Of a stretch of 43,215 bases of DNA, positions 1 to 10,240 are shown one piece after another. A program made the translations under genes and the position numbers. Positions within the stretch are counted from its first letter, which is position 1, and each line of letters begins with the position of its first letter. The notes below the pieces were generated by a model. It was not told the origin of the DNA. It ran no database searches and saw only the letters and a list, made by a program, of their open reading frames with translations. Origin of the DNA: a virus (Duplodnaviria; Caudoviricetes); the IMG/VR virus record IMGVR_UViG_3300032303_002980, positions 1-43,215 of that record; one strand, 5' to 3'.

Positions 1-1592
1 AGGCTATATTTAACAATCTTAATTTATCATCAGCATATAACGATATGCCTAAAAATATATCTATTATTCGTACATATTATAATCAAACTCTTCCAACAGG
101 TATTCAGAATGGAATTTTAGAAGTAGAAGGAGATTACTATAACCATATACCGATTCGAAGTATTACTAGCTCTGAACTAACAACATTAACAGATAGATTG
201 AATCTAATTAAAAATACAGGAGTACAAGCATCATTAGATACCTCTATTGGGAAACCCGAGCAAACATCAACTATTTTGGCATCTGATAGACTAAAGTATA
301 TTGTGCAACATTATAACTTATTACCGTCTGACTCTGGGTCGTGTTACTCTAGAGCAAATACCTCATTTACAAATTGTTATAAAAAAAATACTTTTAACAA
401 AATGCAACAATTATATCAAGAAGAACATGATATAGTTGAGCTTATGAGTAGTCAAACAGTATTATTAAATAATGTCCATACTTTAAGATCAAGCCTGCCT
501 GACACCCATCCATTAAAAATTAATACTGAAGTTTTACCAAAATATGGACCCATAATATCTGGTACTGGACCAATATCAATATCTTATAATAAAATAAATG
601 AGAATCACTATTGGGTTAATTTAGATCCTAATCAAGGATGTTTTGCAGATTTTGAGAGCAATCCAAAAGTTTTAGTCTCCACTAAATATAATTGTTTAGT
701 AACTAATTATAGTTTGTCCGAAATATCAGACGGCATCAATAATGTTTGTCCAAGTTATGCCCCGCAGGGGGAACTTACTGGAGAAAGAATGAAATTTACA
801 CAGGAAAACAAGGGGGATTATGGACACGATTATACCTATACAGTAGATCCAGATTATGTTAATGAGCAAATGGCAACATTGCAACAAAACTATGGATCTG
901 CATTTACTGAATGGAGAGAAATAATAAAAACTAGGTACTTCAATATTAATGGAGATCAAACATTTGATAGCAAATTAGCTCCAGGAGCAGAGATAACTAT
1001 TACGGCTGACGAAACTTATAAGGTTCCTATAGTCACATATGGTTCAGTATCGAATAGTTCGACAGATAATTCAGATTTACCAGGTATGGCTTCATGCGAT
1101 GGCAGTAATGGTAGTCCTCCAGGAAAAGGATTGTTACCATTAGATACACAGAACAGACCAAGAGTTGGCAAACCAGTTACAATAGCAAATACCGTTAATT
1201 TATCTGATAGTAATAATATTTCTATAATGATAAAAAAAATACCAAGAATGCTCAGGGGAGTAGATTTATTATCTACAGTTTATAGACCAGGAGCAATTAC
1301 TGACTACAGACAAATAGGTTTCACAAATCCTTTAATCCCATTAGAAATTGATCTTATGGGTATTAATGGAAGAATAAACAATAGTTTTTATGTGTGGTTT
1401 GCTTTGGAAATACAAAATAATTCAACATTAAGATATGTTTCAGAATTACCAGATTTTCTAAAATTACAGAATGAAATGGTTTTTAGATCATTTTTTGGGA
1501 GTGTTGATAGAATAGAAAATAAAACAGACAGTATCGTAGCAGGATATCCATGGGAAATAATACCATATGAGTACGATAATGTCTCCCCATAA
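1..1592 (+). CDS. C-terminal part of a large hypothetical (probably virion structural) protein; open to the window edge
   Basis: The frame of ORF 45..1592 stays open upstream to position 3 (AIFNNLNLSSAYND-M). S/T/N/G-rich composition; no recognisable catalytic motif. Confidence 0.6.
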   Translation, partial: AIFNNLNLSSAYNDMPKNISIIRTYYNQTLPTGIQNGILEVEGDYYNHIPIRSITSSELTTLTDRLNLIKNTGVQASLDTSIGKPEQTSTILASDRLKYIVQHYNLLPSDSGSCYSRANTSFTNCYKKNTFNKMQQLYQEEHDIVELMSSQTVLLNNVHTLRSSLPDTHPLKINTEVLPKYGPIISGTGPISISYNKINENHYWVNLDPNQGCFADFESNPKVLVSTKYNCLVTNYSLSEISDGINNVCPSYAPQGELTGERMKFTQENKGDYGHDYTYTVDPDYVNEQMATLQQNYGSAFTEWREIIKTRYFNINGDQTFDSKLAPGAEITITADETYKVPIVTYGSVSNSSTDNSDLPGMASCDGSNGSPPGKGLLPLDTQNRPRVGKPVTIANTVNLSDSNNISIMIKKIPRMLRGVDLLSTVYRPGAITDYRQIGFTNPLIPLEIDLMGINGRINNSFYVWFALEIQNNSTLRYVSELPDFLKLQNEMVFRSFFGSVDRIENKTDSIVAGYPWEIIPYEYDNVSP

Positions 1593-1899
1593 GTTTTGTA
1601 ATTTTGTGAATTTATATGACAATGAGTATCAATGTTTAAATTGTGGATTAAGAATAACTACAGAAGATGGATATGCTCCAATATTTCCATGCATGATTCG
1701 TAAACCAACTGGCATAGATAATCTATGCACTAATGATCAAGTAGAAAAAAGATATTCAGTATGTAATACTTGCGAGTTTTTTAATAACAACACATGTACT
1801 AAATGTGATTGTATTATTACTCGAAATTTAAATTATATGAATAAACTATTTTTTAAGGATCAAGAATGTCCTGAATTAAAATGGACTAAAGAAGACTAA
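1579..1899 (+). CDS. Small Cys-rich protein (DUF6171-like C-terminal pattern)
   Basis: Pattern R..vC..CE.....C..C.C......K......CP..KW, plus an N-terminal CLNCG. The start may be 1567 or 1579. Confidence 0.6.
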   Translation: MSPHKFCNFVNLYDNEYQCLNCGLRITTEDGYAPIFPCMIRKPTGIDNLCTNDQVEKRYSVCNTCEFFNNNTCTKCDCIITRNLNYMNKLFFKDQECPELKWTKED

Positions 1900-2216
1900 G
1901 CTTTCGCTGTCCACTTGTGCCAACCCTTATTGGGTAAATTATTTCCATCATCATCTTTTCTCTTTGGGAATAGTGTTCCACCCTTTTTGTGTTGACCAAA
2001 TGCTAGTATAGCACCGCAGTCCATGCATCGTAGTTCGTAATAATCATTTCCTTCAACATTACGAACTAGAAATCGCAAATTGGTACTACTACACAATCCA
2101 CACTTTTCTTCAGAGAAAATTTCTTGAATTAGGGCTAATTCCTTGAAAATTTCCTTTTGTCCTGATCCTTCTAATTCGAAAGATAATTTATCACTTGCTT
2201 TATATATAATTTTCAT
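1896..2216 (-). CDS. Hypothetical zinc-binding phage protein
   Basis: Two CxxC pairs (CGLC, CMDC) and the sequence FGQHKKGGTLFPK. Its stop codon overlaps the convergent + strand stop. Confidence 0.7.
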   Translation of the reverse strand: MKIIYKASDKLSFELEGSGQKEIFKELALIQEIFSEEKCGLCSSTNLRFLVRNVEGNDYYELRCMDCGAILAFGQHKKGGTLFPKRKDDDGNNLPNKGWHKWTAKA

Positions 2217-2219
2217 AAT

Positions 2220-2945
2220 TTATTTCCAATCTTTAGAATAGCCCATAATATCAGAAGGTATTTCTCCAATGTTTTGCTGGTATTTGGACAATAACCTTAT
2301 AAGAGTAACAGCATCATCGTGTGACATTGAATAGATATTATCGGCGGGTAATGAATTGTTAGATAGTAAATTTATCACGTTTATATTAAGCCTTTGAGAC
2401 ATTATGTCAATAAAATTTATTTGTTGATTGCTAATTTTAGATACGCTATTATTGTCCGGATTATCCTCTATGTCCTTTGATAATTCTTCGGCAGCCACAA
2501 CTTTCCTGAGCCTTAATGCTCTTCTAAGTGCTCGTCCCTCTGCTCTGGTTTCTGCCACGGCCACGGGATGGTTACGATATACCTTGTCACAATTACCCCA
2601 GTAAACGTCCGCTGCTCCATCCACGCTGAGTAGATTTAAACCCATGGTGTCCTGAACCGCTTCATTTAAACAGTAAGCGATGGTATGGACAACGGTGGCC
2701 CTTTTTTCGTTATTTGGGTCTGGACTTTGAACAACATTCGTTTTTGATTCTATTACTCTACAATTGAGCACTTTTTCAAAAATTCGCCTTAATCCGTCTG
2801 TTGTGGGATTGTCGTTAATTTTCTCATCATCTGAAAGTAAGCTTAAAACATAATCGGTCCATTCCAGATCATGAATTGACGGAGTGGTATTTGTACTTGT
2901 ATTTTCTACAGGAGCGCTTACGATTTCTTTTTCCTTTTTTACCAT
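2220..2945 (-). CDS. Putative single-strand annealing protein (Rad52/Sak-like)
   Basis: Motif AVAETRAEGRALRRALRL resembles the AET.A..RA helix of Rad52-like annealases; C-terminal 'ISNQQINFI' tail. Confidence 0.4.
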   Translation of the reverse strand: MVKKEKEIVSAPVENTSTNTTPSIHDLEWTDYVLSLLSDDEKINDNPTTDGLRRIFEKVLNCRVIESKTNVVQSPDPNNEKRATVVHTIAYCLNEAVQDTMGLNLLSVDGAADVYWGNCDKVYRNHPVAVAETRAEGRALRRALRLRKVVAAEELSKDIEDNPDNNSVSKISNQQINFIDIMSQRLNINVINLLSNNSLPADNIYSMSHDDAVTLIRLLSKYQQNIGEIPSDIMGYSKDWK

Positions 2946-2950
2946 TATAA

Positions 2951-3757
2951 TTAATCCTCTATAGTCAAAGTTTGTGGTACGTTATTATTTTTGCAATCAT
3001 TATTTAATAATTGTAATAATTTTTGTACAATTATTCGTGAACGAGTAACAGAAAAATCTTTGGTTTGTTTTATCCTGATAAGATGCAGACCTTTGCCAAT
3101 AATTAAACCTTCTTTTTTTTGGTCATATGAGATATTTCTATTTAAAGCATCTTGACCCCAAACGGGCTCAAAATGAGAAGGTCCATCAATCTCTATGGCC
3201 GTATTCATACTAGGTAGGAATATGTCAATTTGCAACTTTGTAGTTACCAAAGATTGCTCTTTATGAAATTCTACTTTGTAGCCATTATCTAGTAAGGACT
3301 GATGTATAAACTTTTCTAACTTTGATCCTTTTTTACTAGTTTCTCTAACGGCTTTAACAGCAAGTTCCTGCATATTTATCTTAGTGTCATAATCTAATTG
3401 TTCCCACTGTTCTTTTGCTTTTTGTTTTCTTTGTTCTAATTGCTGTTCAGATAAGTTTTCCCATGAGTTCATAACTCCAACACCAATTTTGTTCTTGGTA
3501 TTCTCGTCTCTTTTTTGACCCTTGGTTGGATGTTTGTGCTTTCCTGTTTGTAGAGCATTCTTTTGTGCTTCTGATTTATCTCTAATAGAAATATTAAATT
3601 TTTGAGCGTCTCTTCGTATCTTATTGGCATATGTACCATACATAGAGGCTATATCAGCAAAACTTTTCTTATTTTGCACATATAACTCATTTAATAAATT
3701 AGTTTTTTCTTTATCTGATAGAGTATTATAGGTATTCTTTGATTTTTTCATATTCAA
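2951..3757 (-). CDS. Vsr/DUF559-like PD-(D/E)XK endonuclease with basic N-terminal DNA-binding repeats (putative homing endonuclease)
   Basis: C-terminal SKLE...QIDIFLP..NTAIEIDGPSHF...DQKK...G..LIRI; N-terminal HTH-like segment and NUMOD3-like KGQKRDENTKNKIG. Confidence 0.7.
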   Translation of the reverse strand: MNMKKSKNTYNTLSDKEKTNLLNELYVQNKKSFADIASMYGTYANKIRRDAQKFNISIRDKSEAQKNALQTGKHKHPTKGQKRDENTKNKIGVGVMNSWENLSEQQLEQRKQKAKEQWEQLDYDTKINMQELAVKAVRETSKKGSKLEKFIHQSLLDNGYKVEFHKEQSLVTTKLQIDIFLPSMNTAIEIDGPSHFEPVWGQDALNRNISYDQKKEGLIIGKGLHLIRIKQTKDFSVTRSRIIVQKLLQLLNNDCKNNNVPQTLTIED

Positions 3758-4184
3758 ATCCTTCTACTATTCCTAGTGGCTGTTTCCAACAAGTATTATA
3801 TATATCATAGGTCGCTTGTGAATCAACTATAAAATCTAAATTGTCTTGAAAATATAAAGATTTCCATTCTTCATACATGGTGCTATTTGATGTTACCCAA
3901 GGCAATGAATTTGTATACATTAATCTCTTGTCTATATTTGGAAATTTTTGTGTTAATAAAATACTAGCCAAGTCAAAAATGATTAATTTTCCATGGAAAA
4001 ATTGAGCTTGGCTCAAATGTAAAATGGGAAGATTATATGTTTCTATTTTTTCTGAATAGCTATTAAAAATTATTGTTTGACCATAAATATTATCGTCTTC
4101 TATTTGTTTAATAGTTTGTAATATTTTATCGTGAGTTGTAGTATTTTGTAATTTAATGAGTATAAAGCCAATATTTTTATTCAT
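3726..4184 (-). CDS. Hypothetical protein, possibly a degenerate GT-B N-terminal domain
   Basis: Intact 152 aa ORF coupled to its neighbours, within the glycosyltransferase cluster. Confidence 0.5.
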   Translation of the reverse strand: MNKNIGFILIKLQNTTTHDKILQTIKQIEDDNIYGQTIIFNSYSEKIETYNLPILHLSQAQFFHGKLIIFDLASILLTQKFPNIDKRLMYTNSLPWVTSNSTMYEEWKSLYFQDNLDFIVDSQATYDIYNTCWKQPLGIVEGFEYEKIKEYL

Positions 4185-4914
4185 AAGTAATACCTGTTAA
4201 AAATTCTTCATATGTTATATAATCATTATTTATATTGTTTGTATTTTTATTTTCGTATGATCCTAAATCTTCTGTAGTTAAAACACAACATCCACAAGCT
4301 ATTGCTTCGTTAGAGTAGTCGTTCAAAGAACCACATGATAAATAATATTTGTATGATTTCAGCAATTCTGCTTTGGTTGGTTCTGCTAAAATGCCCAAGT
4401 TCTGTGGATGCTGGATTGTGGGATTATTAAATAATAATATTGGTGTGTTGTTATTTGGATATAAATAAGAATTGATTGATGATGGTATTTCTTTAAATCC
4501 ATCTAAAAAACAAACTATTTTATTTAGTCTATTATCTGATATATTGTTTTTATTAAAAATACTCGTATTTACTAAATTGTTGGGTATAATAATACTATTA
4601 TCAATTTGATCATGTAGTATATGCTTCACATTCAAATTATTTAAATCTAAATATTTTATAATTTCGAGATATGAATCCTTGCTATCAAAGTGATATATAA
4701 AAATTTTAGTGGAATCTTGAACATCTTCTATAAATTGTCTTGTCTTAGTTGTTAAATGAACACTAGATAAAAAGATAACATCTGGCTTAACGGCAAAATA
4801 TGTTTTATATAGGTCGTTGTCGTTATTGAACACACTGATACGAATACTTGTATTATTTAAAAATAATAAGTTATTCATAAACTTAAATGGGGAGTTTTGT
4901 ATTAAAATATTCAT
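4177..4914 (-). CDS. Degenerate glycosyltransferase-like protein
   Basis: KPDVIFL and the C-terminal 'EAIACGCCVL' GT-B signature remnant. Confidence 0.5.
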   Translation of the reverse strand: MNILIQNSPFKFMNNLLFLNNTSIRISVFNNDNDLYKTYFAVKPDVIFLSSVHLTTKTRQFIEDVQDSTKIFIYHFDSKDSYLEIIKYLDLNNLNVKHILHDQIDNSIIIPNNLVNTSIFNKNNISDNRLNKIVCFLDGFKEIPSSINSYLYPNNNTPILLFNNPTIQHPQNLGILAEPTKAELLKSYKYYLSCGSLNDYSNEAIACGCCVLTTEDLGSYENKNTNNINNDYITYEEFLTGITYE

Positions 4915-5585
4915 ATAAATATCTTTGCTTTGTTAAGATCTTTTTGGCTGTTGATTTTCATAATATTTTTTTTATCTATGTATACTTTTTCTATTGTTAG
5001 TTGATGATAGCCTAAAATTTTATTAATTAATTCAAATAAATACATATTGTTAACATTGTTATTATCTAGAATCTGTGAGATAAAGTCCAGCATGTTTTTA
5101 TTAAAAAAGATACATTCAGACCATAGTTCCGGTAAATCATAAAAAATATACTCTAATCTTGTTTGTGTGGAACATCCTAATGTAAAATTCTCTTTTATTC
5201 TATTTAGTAGAAATATTTTAGAATCACCATTGAGCATTTGTTTTTTGATCGTATTTTGCTTTAGTAAAATTCCATTGTTTATGACAAATAAACTATCTAT
5301 ATTTTTATTATGTTCCAAAAATATTTTTAAAGAATAAGACTGGTTTGTATTTTTATAGTTTTCATTATAAATATGGTTGATGTTATGTTTCTCTAAAATT
5401 GGTATAATCTTCTCGGACTCGAAACCAGTTATTGCTGTTATGTTTATATCTTTAGATATGTGTTTAATTAAATCAATTTGATATTCTATAACTGATATTT
5501 TCTTTTTAATTTCTAGCAAAGCTTTTGACCCTAAAGACTTCATGCCTTTGGTAATTTCTGGTGCTAGAATTAGTACATTAATCAT
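4911..5585 (-). CDS. Nucleotidyltransferase-like protein (LicC/GlmU N-terminal fold), degenerate
   Basis: ILAPEITKGMKSLGSKALLEI vs canonical ILAAG.G.R.....K.LL; also ITGFESEKI, YNENYKNTNQSYSL and 'KINSQKDLNKA'. Likely start is ATG 5585. Confidence 0.65.
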   Translation of the reverse strand: MINVLILAPEITKGMKSLGSKALLEIKKKISVIEYQIDLIKHISKDINITAITGFESEKIIPILEKHNINHIYNENYKNTNQSYSLKIFLEHNKNIDSLFVINNGILLKQNTIKKQMLNGDSKIFLLNRIKENFTLGCSTQTRLEYIFYDLPELWSECIFFNKNMLDFISQILDNNNVNNMYLFELINKILGYHQLTIEKVYIDKKNIMKINSQKDLNKAKIFI

Positions 5586-6327
5586 AATAATTAATAGTAT
5601 CTTTACATTTTTCCATAACTTCTGATACAATATCTCTATTTCTTATAGAGAAGTTTTTATAATTGGTAACAGTCATTAGTAGTCCATCGAAATGGTCATT
5701 AGATGTTGAGCAAACAAAAACCCCAAGATCTGGCTGTTCTATATTAATAGTGTAATTTAGTTTATTCATACTATTATTTGCAACAATATTTTTTATAGTA
5801 TTTAAATTAGCAAATAGTATATAGTCTACTAAGTTACCTAATCTTGTGTCTGTGGATAATATGCTATAAGCCGTTTCATATTTTGATTGATTAACGATGG
5901 GCATATGTAGTTTCCAATTAAATTTTTTACCAAATTGGTTTTCACAAATTTTTTGTACAGATTGTACGTCATAATTTGATTGGAATACTATACTTAATGC
6001 TTTTGGCTGAATACTTAGCCGATTTACATAGTCGCATAATAAATTAAAATCATCAGATTCTGATATTGTTATATATAAAAGATATTTTGGAACAACTCTG
6101 CTTTTTGTATACTCTTCTATATCAACATCAAAATCTTTAAGTTTAGTCTCAACAACAGTCTTAGAAATTCCATATCTACAAACATAGTTATGTATTTTAT
6201 TATACCCATTAATTGTTGTTATTTTTTTGCTGTCTTTAATAGCTTCAATTATTCCAAATTTACAACTGTATTCAGAATCAGCAGGATTAACAAAATAACA
6301 TTGTTCGCATGATGTGTTTTTTTGCAT
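5578..6327 (-). CDS. Hypothetical protein with N-terminal Cys motif
   Basis: CEQCYF...CKFG...CRY; intact 249 aa ORF. Confidence 0.55.
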   Translation of the reverse strand: MQKNTSCEQCYFVNPADSEYSCKFGIIEAIKDSKKITTINGYNKIHNYVCRYGISKTVVETKLKDFDVDIEEYTKSRVVPKYLLYITISESDDFNLLCDYVNRLSIQPKALSIVFQSNYDVQSVQKICENQFGKKFNWKLHMPIVNQSKYETAYSILSTDTRLGNLVDYILFANLNTIKNIVANNSMNKLNYTINIEQPDLGVFVCSTSNDHFDGLLMTVTNYKNFSIRNRDIVSEVMEKCKDTINYYD

Positions 6328-6328
6328 A

Positions 6329-6736
6329 TTAGATACCGAGTTTTGCTAAAGTCACAATAATTGAATTATCTTCATGTTTTATTTGTTTAATGGATATGTT
6401 CTGCGATACTGTAGTATATATATCTTCTAAAGATATTGCTGTAGACAAATTAGCAATTTGATTAAGAAATTGTTGACCGGTTATGTTATTGTTAATATAG
6501 TCTTTAGAGATTTTAACTAAATCAAGTATAGTTAACATAATTGTGCCGCCCGGTTTAACCTTTTCGGATAGTTTTTTAATAAACCCCACATCAGCAGAAG
6601 GCAGCTTTTGTATCACATCACACGATACATGATCTGCCGAACAATCCAATATAGAGTCTATATTAGAATAAGAAATATAAGAACATTCATTAGATATTCG
6701 GTCATCACCAAGTGTTATTTTATACATCCTATACAT
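6329..6736 (-). CDS. Truncated or degenerate class I SAM methyltransferase-like protein
   Basis: Has 'KVKPGGTIML' (LKPGG motif) and 'SADHVSC', but no GxG SAM-binding motif. Confidence 0.45.
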   Translation of the reverse strand: MYRMYKITLGDDRISNECSYISYSNIDSILDCSADHVSCDVIQKLPSADVGFIKKLSEKVKPGGTIMLTILDLVKISKDYINNNITGQQFLNQIANLSTAISLEDIYTTVSQNISIKQIKHEDNSIIVTLAKLGI

Positions 6737-7577
6737 AGAAAACCTCTTCTAGTTTTATTTGAGAAGTAATGGTATTTAAAGTGTCTATAAATTTTGCATA
6801 AGGGTACTTACTGATAGTGGACTCACTAATTTCTGAATAATTTGTTGGTTTATTTATTATATCATTTATCATAGGAATAATCTGATTAAAATCATTTATA
6901 CTATGGTTAAATTCAGAATTTATTTCATTAAAAGTTGAAATGGTTTGACATCCACATCCTAAGGCAAATAAGATATTAAATTTTTGTGTAATATCTATCA
7001 CAATTCTTGAATCACTTATAATACTAATTATATCGTCCCAATAATTTTGATTATTTGTATTTTTAATAATCGCACAATTAGGTATATGGGCTTGTATGTG
7101 CTTATATAGATTATCTATTTGGGGATTGTTATCAAAATTTAAAATTAATACTGGGATATTTTTTTCTTTTGGTAGTTCAATCTTTGGTATACCATAATTC
7201 ATAACATGACCGTCATCAGAACTAAAGCCCCATCTTTTAGCTACGCTATCTTCAAATATAATTTTATTTATGTTGCTAATATTCTGTTTAAAGATAAAAA
7301 CATCTTCTTTTTTAATTGTTGGATTAGGGGCAGTATGTATCATCAATAAACTTTTAAGTTGTTCATTTCTGATTTTTTGTTGTAATTCTGGATTGTTTAC
7401 ATTATGATAAATAATCATATCATGATAATAATTCTCATATTTATTTAAATAAAATAGCTGTCCACGAACCCCTTTCATAAGATAGTCGAAAAGATGATTA
7501 GTTGGCTCATATAATATATTTAGGGCTTGTGAGCATTTAGAGTATGCTGAATTGATAATTGCTTGACTAGTAATCAT
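6729..7577 (-). CDS. Degenerate GT-B glycosyltransferase-like protein
   Basis: 'VMNYGI', 'ISDSRIVID' and 'FALGCGCQTIS' are remnants of the GT4 C-terminal signature. Confidence 0.5.
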   Translation of the reverse strand: MITSQAIINSAYSKCSQALNILYEPTNHLFDYLMKGVRGQLFYLNKYENYYHDMIIYHNVNNPELQQKIRNEQLKSLLMIHTAPNPTIKKEDVFIFKQNISNINKIIFEDSVAKRWGFSSDDGHVMNYGIPKIELPKEKNIPVLILNFDNNPQIDNLYKHIQAHIPNCAIIKNTNNQNYWDDIISIISDSRIVIDITQKFNILFALGCGCQTISTFNEINSEFNHSINDFNQIIPMINDIINKPTNYSEISESTISKYPYAKFIDTLNTITSQIKLEEVFYV

Positions 7578-8566
7578 ATTAATTCGTTAATATCCGTTTT
7601 TTTGGTATGTGGTATACTATCTACAGTATTGTTCTGTAAGTACTGAGATATTTTATTAGCTATATTTCCTTCTGCAACTATGCTACAGCCGTTAGGGAAA
7701 AACATATCATTATTTTCATATTTAAGTTCATAATCGGTAGTGATAAAGCTTAATAATTCTTTATTATAGGCTTGGCTAATTTTTAGATTTAGAGCGTTAC
7801 TATGAGCATCTTCTAAATCTATAAAAACATCGCCAGTTCTATGTGCTAGAGACAATGTTCCAAAATCTGTATCTATGCCGATAACACTTATCTTTGGGTA
7901 TGAATTTTTATGACATAGTTGATATAATTTATTTATATATGATTCTATCTCATCTTTTTGAGATTTATTTAGATATAATAAAAATAATAATAAGACATGG
8001 TTATCTCTTTTAGAATTAGTAACAAAACAGGTACATAGCTTTAAAATATTATCCCTGTTGTCTCTATAGTCTCCAATATAATATAGTTTTTTATGAAAAT
8101 TAACAATTCCTAGATCAATTTTAGAATCATCATTTGATACAGAACCGATCTGATAATCGTATACTGAAACTTTATTTTTAAGCAATTTATGCTGGGCTAA
8201 GTTTTTGTAATCTTTTTGATTATCTACTAATATTTTATTAAATTGTTTTAAAGTATCTATATTAAACTTGTAATCAGCCGCACCTATAATCGGTAATAGA
8301 ATATTTTTTGTAATACCACCTATGGGTGTTGCGGATCCTATTGGAACATGCTGAATTACACAGTCATATTTGTCATAATTACTATTTTGAGCATCTCTTA
8401 TTGGGGTGTTAATACTTTCATCAGATAGAATCTTATTAAGATCTGAAAATATTGGAACACAAGATAATTTATTTTTTTTACCACTTAATAAATTGAGTAT
8501 TATAGCTTGAGATTCTAAGCCTAATACTGTTTTTTGTTTATATGGTCCTAAATATAGAATATTCAT
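7574..8566 (-). CDS. Degenerate GT4-like glycosyltransferase
   Basis: MNILYLGPY, YDCVIQH, LYYIGD, AHRTGDVFI; lacks the EGFG..E motif. Confidence 0.55.
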   Translation of the reverse strand: MNILYLGPYKQKTVLGLESQAIILNLLSGKKNKLSCVPIFSDLNKILSDESINTPIRDAQNSNYDKYDCVIQHVPIGSATPIGGITKNILLPIIGAADYKFNIDTLKQFNKILVDNQKDYKNLAQHKLLKNKVSVYDYQIGSVSNDDSKIDLGIVNFHKKLYYIGDYRDNRDNILKLCTCFVTNSKRDNHVLLLFLLYLNKSQKDEIESYINKLYQLCHKNSYPKISVIGIDTDFGTLSLAHRTGDVFIDLEDAHSNALNLKISQAYNKELLSFITTDYELKYENNDMFFPNGCSIVAEGNIANKISQYLQNNTVDSIPHTKKTDINELI

Positions 8567-10233
8567 GTGCTACTCTTTAAATGAGCATAGGAAATAAAAT
8601 CTTCATCAAAGGAAATATTATTTTGGATAGCCATTTGTGATTGATTATTATTGTTAATGTGTGTATTTAAATAATCATATACATTTTTTATGGAATATGG
8701 TTGGATATTAGTTGGTCCATTTTGAACAAAACCATAGTCTGCATAATTTAATAGCTCTAATATTTTTTGTTGACCAATCATGGTCGGTTGTTTTATATTA
8801 TTATTTATGGCAATAAGAACATTATCAAAATTCGCTATGGGGTTGGAATCATTGATGTTGATATTTGGCAAGATAGGGGTGACAGCCTTCCAGTTCGCCC
8901 TATATCCAGATTGGTCAATCTTATCAAAATATCGTTCCCATTTCTGTGCAACCAAATCCCAATTATATTGGTCGTGGGTTAACTTATGAACTTTGTCTCT
9001 CTTTTGATTTCTGATTGGTTCAGGGAGGGATATAAAGTCAATAATATAGTTTGCTAAATCGTCATTATCTGGATAAACTCTTATAGCTTTAGTTTCTAGC
9101 TCTTTGAATTCTGTTTGCACTTTAATTGGATAGGCTTCCAGGTTTTTAACCACATCAACCATAGCACTATAATTAACTGTTGCTATTGGCACCCCACAGG
9201 CCCCCGCCTCAACTTGCGGCATTCCGAAGCCTTCGCATATTGCATACTGTACATACAAATCAAATATATTATATACATTGCTTAAATCTTCTGGAGAATA
9301 TCCTAGAGTTACCGTTGGAGCACCAGAGCTTTTGTTTAAGCACTTTGTGCAGACCTTGGTTGGTCCTTGGAATTTAGAAACACTAACAGCACCACAATTT
9401 TTACATATATATGAGAATAGTACTTTATTGACTATCTTATTTTCTTTAAGTAGTTCTGGCAAATCCCAACCCATATCAGGATAGCTAGTATGAATATATA
9501 AAAATAGTTTTTTTGCTAAAGGACTATTTATTTTTTCTAATCTGTCTAATACTTTACGGAATGTTTTGAATAGTTCTGGAAATAGTTTCCTTTTTTGGTT
9601 TCTCATTACAGAACCAATAATAATAGAATCTTGTGGTAATCCTAAAGACTCTTTTATTTGTTCTCTATTTTTTGGCTTAAACACATCACAGTCTACTCCG
9701 GGCGATGCCGTATCTATATAGTTTATTCTGCCGGATGACTGTTTATTTAGAACATCAGCACCCCAATCAGAATAAGTAAAAATAGCATCAGCATCTAAAA
9801 AAGTATCAATCCATTCTTCTTGTTGAGGAGAAGAATCTACTGTTGGCATTAAAGTCCAATGATACATTTTTCTAAGAGGAGATACTCTTTGGTAAGCAGT
9901 CATCCAATAATCTCTTATGTCAAAAACTATATCTGGTTTAAAATCCAATAAAACTTTTTCAAATCGCCATCTTCCAAATTGGTTATCTCCTCTTGAAGTA
10001 TACTCTTGATGTCTTGGATCATCTTCTTTTACAGCATTTGCATAGTAGGTCCAATGCACATCCTTATCCCTAGGATCATTAACGAATCCATAAGAAGCAA
10101 ATTCTGCTATTTCATATTTGCCAGTTTTATGCAAGCGAGATAGGAGTTCTTTTGTATATACTCCGAAGCCAGAGTTGATAAAGCTCGCTTCTGAACACAT
10201 CAATACTTTTAATTTGGGTTTTTCTGTTGTCAT
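8563..10233 (-). CDS. Glycosyltransferase family 4 (GT-B) with internal zinc ribbon
   Basis: SGFG, KPDIVF, PGVD...FKP, VMRNQKRK and EGFGMPQVEAGACGVP; CKNC...CTKC insertion. The start is probably ATG 10233, since 10266 lies in the terminator. Confidence 0.9.
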   Translation of the reverse strand: MTTEKPKLKVLMCSEASFINSGFGVYTKELLSRLHKTGKYEIAEFASYGFVNDPRDKDVHWTYYANAVKEDDPRHQEYTSRGDNQFGRWRFEKVLLDFKPDIVFDIRDYWMTAYQRVSPLRKMYHWTLMPTVDSSPQQEEWIDTFLDADAIFTYSDWGADVLNKQSSGRINYIDTASPGVDCDVFKPKNREQIKESLGLPQDSIIIGSVMRNQKRKLFPELFKTFRKVLDRLEKINSPLAKKLFLYIHTSYPDMGWDLPELLKENKIVNKVLFSYICKNCGAVSVSKFQGPTKVCTKCLNKSSGAPTVTLGYSPEDLSNVYNIFDLYVQYAICEGFGMPQVEAGACGVPIATVNYSAMVDVVKNLEAYPIKVQTEFKELETKAIRVYPDNDDLANYIIDFISLPEPIRNQKRDKVHKLTHDQYNWDLVAQKWERYFDKIDQSGYRANWKAVTPILPNININDSNPIANFDNVLIAINNNIKQPTMIGQQKILELLNYADYGFVQNGPTNIQPYSIKNVYDYLNTHINNNNQSQMAIQNNISFDEDFISYAHLKSST

Positions 10234-10240
10234 ATAGTAT

